Below are positions 25,648 through 40,036 of a stretch of 64,000 bases of DNA, in pieces. The notes below the pieces were generated by a model. The model saw only the letters and a program-made list of their open reading frames with translations. It was not told where the DNA came from and ran no database searches. Made by a program: the position numbers and the translations under genes. Where the stretch lies: assembly GCA_977016875.1 (NCBI GenBank), contig CDRNST010000051.1, positions 4,402,001 to 4,466,000 of the forward strand, written 5' to 3'. This stretch comes from Pavona decussata (lineage: Eukaryota). Position 1 is the stretch's first letter. The number at the start of each line of letters is the position of its first letter.

Positions 25648-28600
25648 ATGGAGGTTCTCACCGCTGAAAATATCAACCCAGCATTTAAGAGAATCAGATA
25701 TGGTGTAAGAGGATGGCTGGAAGAGCGTGCCAGAGAACTTGGAGAAGAGCTGGCTCGTGTAAGTGCAATGCATAACGAGTCTATTCTGCTTGAAATTAAG
25801 GTCGCGTTCGATTGACCTCATTCCGGAATAAGAATAAGCGGAATAGCTGTTAGATTTCTCTTTTTGAGTAAATCTGGTAAGCCTTAACTTCGAAAACCTC
25901 TTATGAGGGATTTCTTGTCACCATTGCAAGTATTCCTATTCCGGAATAGGGTCAATCGAACGCACCTTTAGTTAGGATATATAATAGACATATTCGCCGG
26001 CAAGAAAAGGATAACATTTAGATGCTTTTCAAAGTTTTAAGAGGAGAGGATATTAGAGGGTCGTCATTTATAGCAAAATTTATGACAGGTCAAGAAATTT
26101 AGTGAATACTGGAGACAGACAGAATTTAACAAACTTTAAGACAAAAATGCCAATGCAAATTGGTATAGATTCCAATCTAAAGTAGTGCAGCGTACCACGA
26201 AATGTTTCCAGCAGTGAAGTTATTGCCCTCCAATTGGTGGTAACTTATATAATAAGTGTTTACTGTTCTTCGTCGGTTTGAGTTCGGATTGTTAATTTTG
26301 AAGTGACCAATTTTTCAGGTCAACCAGAGGGGGGGGGGGGGGGGGGGGGGTGAAGTAAATAGAGAGAGTATCAAGACAACAATAGTTTAATCATATACAT
26401 GCACACTCTACTACAATATTAGTTTCCTACAATTAGCGGGGCTTATTCGAGGTGGGTAAAGGTGACCATGATATAGTGCAGTGCGATGTGATTTATTCAC
26501 TTGTATGTTTATTTGTTTACTTAGTTTGCTAGCTAGTTACATAGACAGTTAGATGACCTTAGATATAGGTTTTTTTTCTTTTTCCTTTTCTACCCTGATC
26601 GCTTTTTAATATCTTAATATCCCACAGTGTTATATTCACATTCATTGAAAAGACACGCTATGACCTATGCTAATTGAGATATGGGAGGAAAAATTTTGCA
26701 TCAGACATAGAGTGGGAGTATAAATGTAGGGATGGTAGACGTCGCTGAAGGGGAGGAGGGTGGGAAAAACCAATCGGCGACACACCAAAGAGCCCGTGTG
26801 AAAATGAAAGAGGACGAGTTTACAACGAGAGAACGCTGAACCTTGAGGGAAAAGCCTGAGAGGACGGTGGAGTCTGCCATACGACTTTAGCCAAGCAGCC
26901 GGGAATGCTTAAGTAATTTCGTGCCTTTTGAATGAATGAGAANNNNNNNNNNNNNNNNNNNNNNNNNNNNNNNNNNNNNNNNNNNNNNNNNNNNNNNNNN
27001 NNNNNNNNNNNNNNNNNNNNNNNNNNNNNNNNNNNNNNNNNNNNNNNNNNNNNNNNNNNNNNNNNNNNNNNNNNNNNNNNNNNNNNNNNNNNNNNNNNNN
27101 NNNNNNNNNNNNNNNNNNNNNNNNNNGCGATGCTCGAAAAATGAATAACAAGACGCCTATGGGCGTTTACGCGGTATGAGTTGATGTATGTTTAGCGCTA
27201 AGTGCAGGTGGAAACATATCCATCCGTCGCGATTGAGCTAATGGAATAGTTTGGGTCACAAAGATAGCGAGATGTTGTTTTGGTATCGTTGCGTTACGCT
27301 ACTTGTCGTCATACCAGTAAGTGTTTACGATAATGTAATGACCACACACATACAGGCCTGACTCACGTTTTCTGTTCTGATTACGTGATGTCAGTAAGTG
27401 TAAAATTACAAAGTGCCCTCGTTTCATAAAAGAACAGAAAGACAAACAGACAAAAAGCTTTCCTAAATGAAAACTTTAAGTAAAAATTGACAATCATACC
27501 TTTAATTTTGTGAACTGTCCAATTTACACCATTTAAACTGTCGAGTACTTGTTAGAACTTATCCATTTTGATTTACCGTTTTAAGAGGGTCAATTTTCTT
27601 TCTGAAAGAGGCATATTTGAGTCTAAAACATGTAAACAAAACGACCGCTGAAGGAAGCCTTCTATCATGAGGGGAGAAGAGGGTTTTAATCCAGGTTTAA
27701 TGAATAATTTAATATGCACATTTGTGACAACGATGAACTGACGACGACAAAGAAACTCGACCGAAATTTTAACGCGTTCGGCCCAGGCCTGAGTCGCCTC
27801 CCGGGTAAAAGGCAAAGAAAAAAGGAAAACAGCCGGTATAAAATATTGACCAGTAATGAGTTAACAGGTAATAAAAATAAATTAGCGCCGTAGCTTAAAA
27901 ACTGACTCTTTTTTTAACCAACGCAACATCCCATCTAACAACAATGACTTCTGCCTCAAACGGTTTGACCCAACAGTTCTATCCTGGATAGAGATCTAGT
28001 TAATTATTCAAAAGAGAGTTTTACATCAAACAGGCCAGTCATTAACACTGATTTTAAGGCCGTCGATAACAGCCGGACCATGGAACATTCCTGAACATGA
28101 AATAGAACGAAATAAATTAACGAAAAAATGTAAAAAAGATATATCTGAAAACTGAAAATGAGACAAATTACATTATGTAAAACATAAAATAAATCAGCTT
28201 TGTAAATAAAGATTGATAAACCTACGCGACTCCCTCGCACGTGTTTCAGCCTTTCATAATTCAGGGGAGGGGGCCGAAGATATTGTGGCGAATGCGCAAG
28301 CCCATTTTCAAAACATTTGCTAACAAGTCCTTGAATAAAGTGCTTATATTCACTTTCCAGCTTGTATTATGGTATTTTTAATTTCTATTAGAAGTCATTA
28401 AGAAATTTCTAAAGTCACGAGACCAATTTGATGTAATTGTGTGTTTGCTATTAAACTAGGTATTGGACATACAGACAAAGCTAATTCTTAAAGAAGATCT
28501 TAGATGTACACGATTCAGAAACCAACCAATCTGCTTAACTTACATAAATAACTGCGAGGGTCTTTCTTTTAATTTATCTTTCACCCGCAGTTCAAATATA

Positions 28601-31600
28601 TGTTTCTTATATTCATATTCAAAGATTTGCTTCAATTTGATTTTGTTCCCCCATTTTACGCAGAAGATTTTGACCTGCTCCAACCATTTTTAATCACGTA
28701 ATTAAAGTTTGAGCGTCAAGAAAGTGTCATATCATTAACGCCCCCAAGAAACTGTCGTTGCCAACTTTTAGAAAGAAAGAACAACAATTTCATTTCCCTT
28801 GAAGTGGACCATGCCTTGTAAGACACTGAACCATGCCTTTAACTAGTCTGAGTTTTATAAAAGGTCCTTGCCAAAATTCTTAACTCTATACCGCACTTTC
28901 CACCAACCATGTACTTATGATCAGTGCATTGTTTTCTGTTTTCTAGGGAGACGCCAAACCATTTTCTGAAGTTCTCATACACTATGGAAATCCACAAGGA
29001 ATGGGACAGCCACCTATTACATTCTTTAGACAGGTACAGTGCTGATGACAGACATGGCTAACGATTGATTGCGTGACTTACAGACTGTGACGGATGGATA
29101 TGTCACTGACTGAATCACTGACGCAAGCGACTGACGAGTAATTAAAATGAAAGACTGACTGAATGTAAATGATCCAAAATGATTGATTCATCGATAGTCC
29201 GACCTACGGACTCGTGATTGCTTGTGATTGCTTTTAAAATTCTCGACTCAATGAACAAACGAATGAACGAACGAACGAACGCACCAAGGGAGGAACCGGA
29301 GCGAGAAAACAATGAACGGAGGACTGCATGACTTCTTTGAGTGTGTGAACAATTATTATCAATACTAGTCTAGTCTACGTACGGTTAGAGTGGTTTTCAA
29401 TCGAGTGTCGTAAAACCAAAACCAAAGTACTTACTCTGGCCAATCACAACTGACGTAGACAGCGCCATGAACCAATTAGAATTCGTAGCAAAGACATGTA
29501 ACTGACGTCAAGCGCGGGAAAACGCATGCGACCAAGTCGCTGTTGGTTTTAATTTTACTTCTCATTGGTTGAAAAAGTGACGCGAGCTTTATTAACCAAT
29601 CACAGAGCATAGTAAAGCAAAACCGAAAAAAACGCGAATTACTTTCGACATTGAATTGAAAACCGCTCTATTATAATTATAGATTGAGTGCTTCGATCGC
29701 TTTTATTGTCACCGCGTGGTTGGTTCATCCGTTAACTTGTGCTTGAGTTGATTTGACTGCAAAACGCCATTTTTTCTGGGTTAGTGACATTGTTTGATTT
29801 AGATTGTTCATTGGGTGAATCAGAAGTTGATCTTAATTTCTTGACTGAATGATTTTTGTTGAGAAGATTCACCAGGCTTAAAATATACCATAACATTTAT
29901 TTCATTGCGCATATGCTACTCATCGACATTCCAATCCTAACAGTACGCTGGATGTTTTGTCACAAGAACCTAGTTTAATGGCCAAGCTCCCACGAGTCTC
30001 CTGAAGTTCGGTGATAGGCTCGACGTCTGCTGGGAGAACTCGAATTTTCTTTTTCCAAATACGCCTTTCGCTTAGGGAGAAAAAAATACCCCTATGAAGA
30101 TCAAAATATCATCTAAATTGCTGAATCCAGCTGGAAGGCCAGGATATAACAATCTTCACCCGAATGAAAAAAAAAACACGTATACGAAATGTCCAGCGAG
30201 CCATCCTCGTTAAGACTGGAATTTATAAGTGTATGTTCTACAGGTTTTGGCACTTCTTCTGTGCCCAGAGCTCCTAGCCGATCCTGGATTTCCCCAGGAT
30301 GCCAAAAACAGAGCCAAGAGGATCCTGGATGACACCTTTGGATACACCATAAGTAAGTGCATCCCAGTGAGGCCAGGGCACGAGTAAAGGGTCAAAGTTT
30401 AACCGTCCTTTACTTGTTACTGTGCATACGTTCTGCGCATCTCGAGATACTCGGGTTTCCTATGGGTGGTGCCTACTAATACAGGGATATTATTGCGCGC
30501 TTTAAAACTATGCAAAGAAAGCAGAACTTAACAAGTGATTTTGGTTTCCAAAAAGAAAATTGGGGGTAACCATGAATTTTTCAGAGATAATAAAGCTTCA
30601 ATTTGGAAAAAAGCACCATACATTGCTTTGTATTTTGCTGCTTTTTAGAATAATTGTTGCTTAGTTACCTCTAAAAAATGCGCGGTTACCCCCAATTTTC
30701 TTTTTGGATACTAAGATCTGCTTTTCCCGCATAGTGATAAACCGCGCAAAAATACTTCCCTGTTAGTAGGCACCGTCCTTAAAACGGGAAATCGAGTATG
30801 ACTCGATTATGTAAGGTGGCTCTAACTTTCGATTATCCAAGTCAAATGCTAAAGTAATTGAGCAGGCTTAATCTTTGGTGCTGTACACTATGCTCAGATG
30901 CTTCTATATTTCGAGTCTGTGGCCGGAATCCTAAAGTGTAATCATTGAAATGAAAGCTGTCGAGTAGTACTTTCCTGCAGGTCTTTTTATTATGCTGTAC
31001 AAGGTGACTCAACGTCTAGTATGTCAAAGAAATAATTTTAAGAGTGCGACCATTCGATTGTCAGCTTCAATTGACAGTTTGTTTTTCAATAGTTTCCAAA
31101 GGATATTTTGAATCTTTTTCCACTTTACAAGGTACAAACTTCATAGTACCTTTAATGTATTTCAAGGGGCACCAAAAAGAACATTTAAGCAAAATATTTA
31201 AAATGTTGTCTCCTGTGTTCTCAGGTCGCTTTGTGCCCATTTAAAGACATATTTGTGTAAGCTAATACAGATCGGATGCTTAAGCTAAAAAAAATTAATT
31301 ATAAGTTGCAGAACGTTTTAGGGAACGGAATTTTTTTTCCCCGAATTTACTATTCGTTGCTGGTTTTGCGAAAATGCTTTCGCGTTTTTGACGACATATA
31401 CGAAAGCCTGGAGAATTAGTTTTCCAGTGTTGCGAAAGAAAGAAAGCTGCAAATTTTCTTTTGGACTAAATCCGAATTTCTGAGGGGATTAAAGCCATCC
31501 GACCAGACATCTACCGAAATTAACCGTTGGGGTTTCCTGGTATTTAATAATGGGCTTTGCCACAACTTAGGATGTCGACCGGTCAGGTTAACGTGTCTAT

Positions 31601-32596
31601 AGTTGTAGCTATTGCAGTTCACTAGAGCGGTTTTCAATTGAGTGTCGAAAGTAATTTCGGTTTCGCTTTGGTTTTGCATCTTATACTACGCGCTGTGATT
31701 GGCTTACAAAACTCGCACCTCTTTCTCAACCAATGGGAATCCAAACAAAAACCAATCGCATTTTCGCTCCACGCGTTTTCCCGCGCTTGGCGCTAGTTAC
31801 ATGTATTTGCTTCGAATTTTGATTGTCTCGTTGTGTTGTTTACAACTGTTGCGATTGGCCAGAGTAATTACGTACCTTGGTTTTTGGCTTTACGGCACTC
31901 AATTGGAAACCGTTTTTTTGATACAGTAAAGATTTATCACAGGATCAGCATTAAACTCTCTGCAGGCCTTATTCATGTTTCAACTCGGTCTATAAGATAG
32001 GCTCCTTTTACCATCTTTTGCAGGTAGTTACACGTCAGCAGAAGGTATCAATGTTTTGCGCAAGGACATTGCTGAGTTTATTTCTCAGCGAGATGGATAT
32101 CCTGCGACATATAAGGATATATTCCTCACAGATGGAGGAGCTGAAGGAATTGAAGTAAGCCTAGGAGCTTCTAAGTGTTAAAGTAGCCTGTTTTCTCTTC
32201 CTCGCCTACCTCATTTCACTGATGAAATTAAAACTTCTCCCGTTATCAGACAGCAAGCTCCTCTTTAGCCCAATCCTCTATATATTAGTTGGTTGAGGCC
32301 TGACTAGTTTGGACACAGCGGAAGACGGTCTAGTTAGATCGTCTGGATGCCGGAAATAGTCGTTGAAACTAAGACTTAGCGACGACCCACGTTTCGGCAA
32401 CCTGAGCTTAAAGGAGTAGTGTCACCTATTTTAGTGTCACTTTTGAATGGCCAAATATAAAGTTATATCGATGGAAATTTTAAAACAATGGTTAAGTTTA
32501 GTTAACAACAACCCTACTTGTGCACAGAAACTATTGTTAATTATCTGTGGCTGCGGATAGCAAGAATGGAAAGAGATTGCAGCTCGAACTTTCTGT

Positions 32597-32629
<33 letters not shown>

Positions 32630-35600
32630 GGAACAAATCACTAAGACTGATCATGATTTGTTCTTTCTGGGAGAAATCACTTAAAATTATTATCCCCGTG
32701 TTCTACGAACATTTACATAGTAGAGAAGAAGTACTTTGTCAAATATGTTAGCAGTTTTGATGAATTAAAATAAAACAAAATATCCGTGACAGTTCCCCCT
32801 TTTTATAGATGTCCTCAAACTGCAGTAAATAGTGCTTTCAATTGTCAGTTCAGTTGGACATTCAAGAGTTGGTCTATTTACGATCCAAGCCTTTCCGTTT
32901 TCTGTGGTGTAAAAGGCCATCAAACCAACTATCCTTTGATTCATTTCAGGTTATGATAGGAGTTGCTCAAACAGGGATCAACGAGGGGAAAGGTCGAGCT
33001 GGAATAATGCTTCCTGTCCCAGGGTTCAGCATGTACCAAGCACGGTTGCTACAACACAATTCTTATCAGGNNNNNNNNNNNNNNNNNNNNNNNNNNNNNN
33101 NNNNNNNNNNNNNNNNNNNNNNNNNNNNNNNNNNNNNNNNNNNNNNNNNNNNNNNNNNNNNNNNNNNNNNNNNNNNNNNNNNNNNNNNNNNNNNNNNNNN
33201 NNNNTACGGTGTGATGTGGAATGGTATGGTAAAGGCCCGTATACACGGCGGGTTTCAACATTTGACTAACATTCGTTCAACAAAAGTTGAACGGATGTTG
33301 GGCAAATGTTAAACGGAGTGTTCAAACGGCTTCAACACCTTTCAACGTTTTCGAGTATTGTATGGATGTTGAATGAAAATTTAAACCAATTTGAATTTGA
33401 TTCAACACGCTTTCAACTTTTACTATACTTTCAACAATGTTGAACGACCTGTTCAAACGCCCCCGACATCTGGCTCAACAAAGCGTTGAACGCATGTTGA
33501 AGCAAATGTTGAAACCGTTTAAAAGGGCCTTAAAGTGTGGTTGCGATATGGTGTGGTATTTCGAAGTTTTCACATAAATAGGGTATATGATAATATAAGT
33601 GCTCTTTGTTTTGCTTTAGATATTTTACCAACTTGATGAGGACAATAACTGGGCTTTGAACATCGACGAACTCAAGAGATCATTAGAAGCGGCCAGGCCA
33701 CACTGCGTACCAAGAGGCCTGGTGCTGATTAATCCAGGCAATCCTACAGGTAGGTTTGTTTAGCTTTTCTGTTTCAGAATAATTTATGCACAAACATTCA
33801 TGTCTTAATCGTAATGAGTTTATGACAGTTAAATCGGTTTGCTAGCTACCTGTCAAACTCGATCATATCGCATAAACCAAGAAAACAAACTCCTCTTAAT
33901 GTATAAGCTACTACTCAGCAGACCACTTTGTTTAGTAAAACGAACGCGCCTTCTTGTTAGTTGCCTTGCTCATTCTCAATCGCGGGCGAGTTTTTAAGCC
34001 TTCAATTCTCTTTTTCGTCCTCCTACGTTTTACTATTTAAGTGTTTCAAACTGGGAGGAAAGGCTATTTTTTATAGTTTAAGTCAGTTTTATATGTAGAT
34101 CTTTATTTAAATTCGAAGCTGAGAACTCCGCCAAGTCATTAACATTGCTATAAAAAGCATGCGCAATACCGTGACACAGCCCACAAATAAGCCCACAATA
34201 AGAAGCCAGAGTTTTGTTCTGGATTCACCTGGAGTCTCCTTTTGCAATCAAGTTGTCTTTAGTAATAAGCTAATCATTTATGTGGTTTCTAGGTCAAGTT
34301 CTGACTTATGAGAACATTCAAGAAGTGATCAAGTTCTGCGCGCAAGAGAAGTTGGTGTTGTTCGCTGATGAAGTTTATCAAGACAATGTGTACGCCAATG
34401 GAGCTCAGTTTCACTCGTGCAAGAAAGTCCTGAAGGACCTGGGACCTGAGTACAGCGAGTTTCAACTCATGTCGCTTCATTCCAGTGCCAAAGGATACAC
34501 TGGAGAGTAAGATGTGTAATGTCATGATGTAGAAATACCATACGGTGTACTATAAATATGAACACAATCCACAAATAAACTGTGGTGGTACTGGTAAACT
34601 TGGTGGTACTGAGGACAGTTTCACAAACGTTAGAATACCCACCCACCCCCCAGACCGAAATGACTCGCAAACCCTTTTAGCCCCCGGCAGATACCTTAGC
34701 TTTATACTTCATACTATGGTGTGTTCTCCTTCGGGAAGTCCCTCAAGTAATACGATTTTGTTTCTGGCAGATGTGGTCTAAGAGGCGCATATATCGAGCT
34801 GGTAGGATTCAGTGACCAAGTCAAGTTTCACATTAAAGAGTACCTTAGCTCAAGATCTTGTTCTTCTACAATAGGACAGGTACAAGTACGAATCATAGAA
34901 TCAAAACGGAGTTGCATGGGTACATAACGAAGGCCAAAAGGCATTTAATTTCAAAATGTGGAGGCGCGATGGTGTAGAAGTCAATGCACAGGACAGTCTA
35001 TTCGCTAGAAGAACAGATGATCGGTTGTTCGAACCTCAGTTGGTCCCTGCATTGTCTGTCGTTTACCTAGGTGTATGGCTGGAAACCGAAGAACCGTGCG
35101 GAAACCATGCGATGAACTAGCATCGTGTCGGGTATGGGGAAGTAAAAATACTTCCAATTGCTGCATACCACAGAGCCTGAAGTCAACTTCCAGNNNNNNN
35201 NNNNNNNNNNNNNNNNNNNNNNNNNNNNNNNNNNNNNNNNNNNNNNNNNNNNNNNNNNNNNNNNNNNNNNNNNNNNNNNNNNNNNNNNNNNNNNNNNNNN
35301 NNNNNNNNNNNNNNNNNNNNNNNNNNNNNNNNNNCGAGTAACTTTTTTTCCCTTCCTCTTTTCCTGTGTTAGGTAATCATTGGACTCACTTGCAACCCTC
35401 CCAAACCAGGAGATGAATCCTACGAAAGGTTTTCAAAGGTAAGCGCTCCAGCACTCGAGGTTTGACTGTAGCCAAGTTTGAAAGCAGCCACATTCATTTG
35501 ACAATGACTTGCCCCAAGTGACTGAAACCGCAAGCTGTGTTTCCGGACACCCATACCAATGTCTCAAAGTATTGACCACGTGACAGGATGTTGTTCCTTC

Positions 35601-38042
35601 AAAGAGTTTACGCAATTTTGGGATGGAGTAGCTGTCACAGCGAGTAAATTCTTTTTAGTCCGAGTTTGTTAACCTTAACTTTGTCCAGCACCGGGCCCTC
35701 CCACCTTTTCCCGATCCCTCAATGAGGAGGGGAGGCTAACAGTCCTCCTATGTTAAGCATAAACTTTGCGTTAGTGACAAGTAATGTAATTGAAAGACTG
35801 TTTACGTCGGCTTTATGCTCTACATGGTCGCCTTGCTAATCTCTCGACTGCTTTTCTCAGGAAAGAACATCCATTCGTGATTCCTTCAAGAAGAAAGCAA
35901 AGTTGACCACAGAGATTCTGAACTCACTGGAGAGTGTCAAATGCAACGAGGTCGCCGGTTCAATGTACGCGTTTCCGAGGATAACACTGCCACAGAAAGC
36001 CATTGACGAAGCCAAGGTAACAGTCTCTACTCGTTTTTGAGCAACCGCGTACCTGACCACCTGCGAAGGACTAGATAACACGCCCGCGCATGTCATCTTA
36101 GCGTGTGGAGACAGCACTAGGAACAGACAATCTTTAACGTCAACACAGGACCGCCCTTTGACTATCAATATCTAATTTCTTAAATGCAGACGCTCCAATA
36201 AGACGGACTAATAAATAGTAAGAGAAACTTCATAATGACTGTTGTAAAACTGGGTGCCGTTCATGATAAAACCTTCACCTACAACTGAATACGCCATTGA
36301 TAGAGCATCGAAAATAATATTTATGTGTAACATGTATATGCACTGCGGATGAAAGATTAAATAGAAGAAAAGGTTCTCGCAGTTATATACGCAACCAGAC
36401 TATTGCGAAAAACCTGAAAAAAATTCAGGCTTGAACGGGATTTGAACCCATGACGTCTGATCTGCGATGCCGGTGCAGTGCCCTACCAACTGAGCTATCA
36501 AACCAACTGGGACCTGGTCATGTTCTGAGTTCATAATATACCCGGGTATATTATGAACTCAGAACATGACCAGGTCCCAGTTGGCTTGATAGCTCAGTTG
36601 GTAGAGCCCTGAACCGGCATCACAGAGGTCATGGGTTCAAATCCTGTTCAAGCCTGAATTTTTTTCAGGTTTTTCGCAACAGTCTGGTTGCGTATATAAC
36701 CTCGAGAACCTTTTCTTCTATTGAAAATAATATTAATAACCTCAGGTTAGTTTCGATCATTTCTCTCGCTTTAACCATTTAGGCCCAGGGTCTACCGCCA
36801 GACGAATTCTACTGTTGGCAAGCTTTGGAGAAAACTGGGATTTACATGGTACCAGGCCGGGGATTTGACAAGAATGGAAACGGGAACAACTTCTACTTCC
36901 GGTGAGACACAACACGTTGCATTGAAGCTTTATCTCATAGTCTGTCTGTTCTGACACTGTATTAAGAGCTTAAAGCCGTTTACTTCTTCTATAACGATCT
37001 ATTTTCCAAGTTTTAAACTACCACTGATCTCAGCCTCGTTTTAGACTACTTTAAATTCTATAAAGAAGTGAATAAGGAGCTTTAGAAACGACGACGGCGA
37101 CGGCAGCGAAAACGTCACCATTAAAACGAATTCGCGCTTTTTCAAACTTCATCGCGATTATTCCAACTCGCTTTAAGCTCGCTTCCTGCAGTTGAATCCT
37201 TGGAGAGCGCACTCAAGTTTAGAAGGAGAAGGAAAATTCGTCGTCGTGTGTTTACATCTTCTCATATAAAACGTCCCATCAGGGAATTTCACGTCCTAGT
37301 TGGCAGTGACGGCAAAGGAATGGACCAAAAAGTGTAATGTACGTGCATTAAGCCTATTGCTTGACGTTCTCGTTGCCGTCGTCGTTGCTAAAGCTCTCCA
37401 ATATCTTGAATGTTACACTTTCGACATCGACAGGTTCGATTTCCAGCCGCTGTTCGGGTACCGTTTATCTCATTTTGAAAGGTTAGGCCATCACGGAGTT
37501 GCTTTGAACCTCGTTAAGAAATCGAGGCTAAGTGCAAAGCCTTCATATGAAAATTAACCTCGGTTTCATAATCAGGTCCACGGCAACTCGGAATTGGTCT
37601 ATTTTGTCGCTAACCATCGAATGTGAGCTCAAACTGTACGAAACGTAAACAATTGGACAGCGATGGATCCACTTGACGATTTCTTCAAATAATTCATCTT
37701 CAATGTTCTCACTACTTTCCTTTCAAAGTTTCGGAATTGCACCGTGAGAATGACCTCGCTCTAGTCTGCAACATGCAAGGGAGACAAATAATTGCTCCAG
37801 GAAGTGGGGTTTGAAAACGCCTCGTGAAGGGCCTATTTTAAAAGCTATTCCATATGACCTTTTTTAACAAAACCTTTTTCTTTCACAGGATAACTATCCT
37901 ACCATCTGAAGACAAGTTCATTCCAATGTTTGATCGCCTAAGAGCTTTTCACCAAGAGTTCATGGAACAGTTCAAGGACAAGCCAGAAAATTGGCATCAC
38001 AATAACAACTTGATCAACTATGTAGCTAACGGTGTTAACTAG
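25648..38042 (+). CDS. GPT: Alanine aminotransferase-like protein, tandem copy 2 (complete, 12 exons, 501 aa)
   Basis: Exons 25648-25758, 28947-29033, 30244-30352, 32024-32154, 32950-33069, 33620-33749, 34293-34506, 34771-34879, 35373-35438, 35861-36016, 36783-36901, 37889-38042. Reads MEVLTAENINPAFKRIRYGVRG...INPGNPTG...DEVYQDNVY...HSSAKGYTGECGLRG...GSMYAFP...FRITILP. The exon 5 donor runs into an N-gap. Confidence 0.93.
25799..25968. mobile_element. Harbinger-like MITE
   Basis: AGGTCGCGTTCGATTGACC..ATTCCGGAATA / TATTCCGGAATAGGGTCAATCGAACGCACCT. Confidence 0.7.
29386..29670. mobile_element. MITE (relatives at ~31623-31915 and ~11440-11705)
   Basis: TAGAGTGGTTTTCAAT ... ATTGAAAACCGCTCTA, with internal CCAATCACA motifs shared among copies. 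Confidence 0.8.
33233..33529. mobile_element. Harbinger-like MITE with TTCAAC/GTTGAA repeats
   Basis: GGCCCGTATACACGG ... CCGTTTAAAAGGGCC|TTA. Confidence 0.65.
36322..36722. mobile_element. Foldback (head-to-head) tRNA-derived SINE dimer with 12-bp TSD
   Basis: ~180-bp inverted arms centred on TATACCC|GGGTATA (36543/36544), with A/B boxes TAGCTCAGTTGG and GGTTCAAATCC. GAAAATAATATT occurs at 36310-36321 and 36723-36734. Confidence 0.85.
37075..37400. mobile_element. MITE
   Basis: GGAGCTTTAGAAACGACGACGGC ... GCCGTCGTCGTTGCTAAAGCTC. Confidence 0.7.
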
Positions 38043-39013
38043 CAACAGTGGTAATTTTTGCAAAGTTTTTTATGTATCACGCTACTACTTTTAAGTCATT
38101 TAAAAATGACGATACGGGTTTGAAAAGTTTGCCGAAGAGGGAACTGTATAAACAAATAAAATCTGAACAATCTTCACTCTTGTCATGACTCTGATTCTCT
38201 CGGTACAGTTAAGTAATATAACTCCATCAAGATTTCTCAAACTCGTCAATAATTTATGAACAGAAACAAAGGAAATCGTTACCGTGAACGGAGGTTGGGA
38301 AATGTGTTCTTCAAAACTCATTAATAATTCATAAGCACATTGACCTATCAAATGGTCGATAATACATCACATGCAGTGACTTTATATCGATAAACTTCCT
38401 CCTTATTAGTATGCAGTATTTTATCAGTATGCGGTATATTATATTTAAACCCGATAAGACACTCCCGCTCGTTTTTTAAACATTACTTAATTATCATGAA
38501 ATTCGCTTAGCTATCGCTTGATTTTCTCCAAGAATTTTTCATAGTTTGAGAAGCTATATTATTATCAAACACTCAAAAGAGTGTTTCATCCAATTTCCAA
38601 ACACCTCGAAGTTGTTTCACGGTTGCGGGTACGGGTTTCAGCATTTTGTTAGAAGATAAAAAAATAGCTGTCGATGAAAAGATTACACTTAGTTGTTTAG
38701 TGTTGGGAATTATAAAAGTATACCACAATTTTATTATATATATTCGGGAAATATTGGGAAAACACTTGAAGTTGACCTTTCGATTTCTCCTATGACAATA
38801 TGGATCAATCAATGTTCTTTCCATCTGTGAGAAAACAGTTTTGTTTAAGTTCGTAGTTACTTAGGGCCAGTTATTTGAACAGTCTAACTTAGGCCGCGGC
38901 TTAAGACATCAGTGGGCCTCCAAATCTGTTTATAAGTGGTATATTTTAAGTAGATAAACAGTTTTCTAGTCTGGGATGCAAGCCTTCTTGTTACCGTCAG
39001 CAGCAGACAATGT

Positions 39014-39017
<4 letters not shown>

Positions 39018-39060
<43 letters not shown>

Positions 39061-39410
39061 GCGAGATACTCGGGTTTCCTATAGGTGGTGCCTACTAATA
39101 CAGGAATCTTTTTGCGCGGTTTAAAATTATACGGAGAAAGCAGAACTTACCAAATGTTTTTGGTATCTCAAAAGAAATTTGGGGGTAACCATACATTTTA
39201 CAGAGATAATTAGGCTTCAATTTAGGAAAAAATCCCATACATTGCTTTATATTTTGGCGGTCTTTAGAGATACTAATGTTTAATTATCTCTGAAAAATGC
39301 GTGGTTACCCCCAATTTTCTTTTTGGATTCCAATAGGCCTTGCAAAGATCTGCTTTTCCCGCAAAGTAATAAACCGCACAAAAATACTTCGGTATTAATA
39401 GGCACCGTCC
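39018..39410. mobile_element. TTAA-targeting MITE (Kolobok/piggyBac-like); second copy ~30412-30778
   Basis: TTAA|GGACGGTGCCTA ... TAGGCACCGTCC|TTAA. The internal sequence closely matches the 30.4-30.8 kb copy. Confidence 0.85.
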
Positions 39411-40036
39411 TTAAATATGACTGTTGGCAAAATTGAAAATGACCTAGAACGTGGTTTTGTTAAACACCGTCTAAACTGTCCCATACTTTTTAGTTGTATT
39501 GCGACTGTTTATAGCTATGATCAACGTATACTTTCTCTTGTCATGAATTCAGTACGAAACAGCTGTGTTATACAACTGCGGCAACTCTCCTTTTGGTAAA
39601 GAATGTTTGGATTGGTTTCCTTAAATTACAATGACTTGTTTACACTTAGTCTATGAAATATTTTTACAAGAGTTCATTCTTCTACAGGAATTTTCGATCA
39701 GTTTTGGTTTATTTCCATGAGCTCAAACCGAATTCGTGATAGTTAGTGGTTTCTTTTAATTCAACATAACGTTTTTACTATTATGGTTTCAACACTTTAA
39801 CTCAGGTGGCTGTGAGAATAAATAAGTATTGTTGTGCGATTTCCGTACCGATTTGTAATTACGGCCATCATTCTCGCAGCACGTACTTCAGTAATTTATG
39901 GAAAAGGGCAGTACCCTATTAAAGTCCGTCCCTTCTTCGCCAAATGTAATGTTTATCTTGTTGTTATATAACAGTCTTTAAACGTTATTTTCTTGAAAGT
40001 TTGTTATTAAGTACAGTTTTAACTCTGCCAAAGATC

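Noticed and set aside
32215-32240. Other CTGANGA motifs (32219, 29131, 41325, 60048) as hammerheads
   Set aside because: None has a stem II followed by GAAA and a closing stem I.
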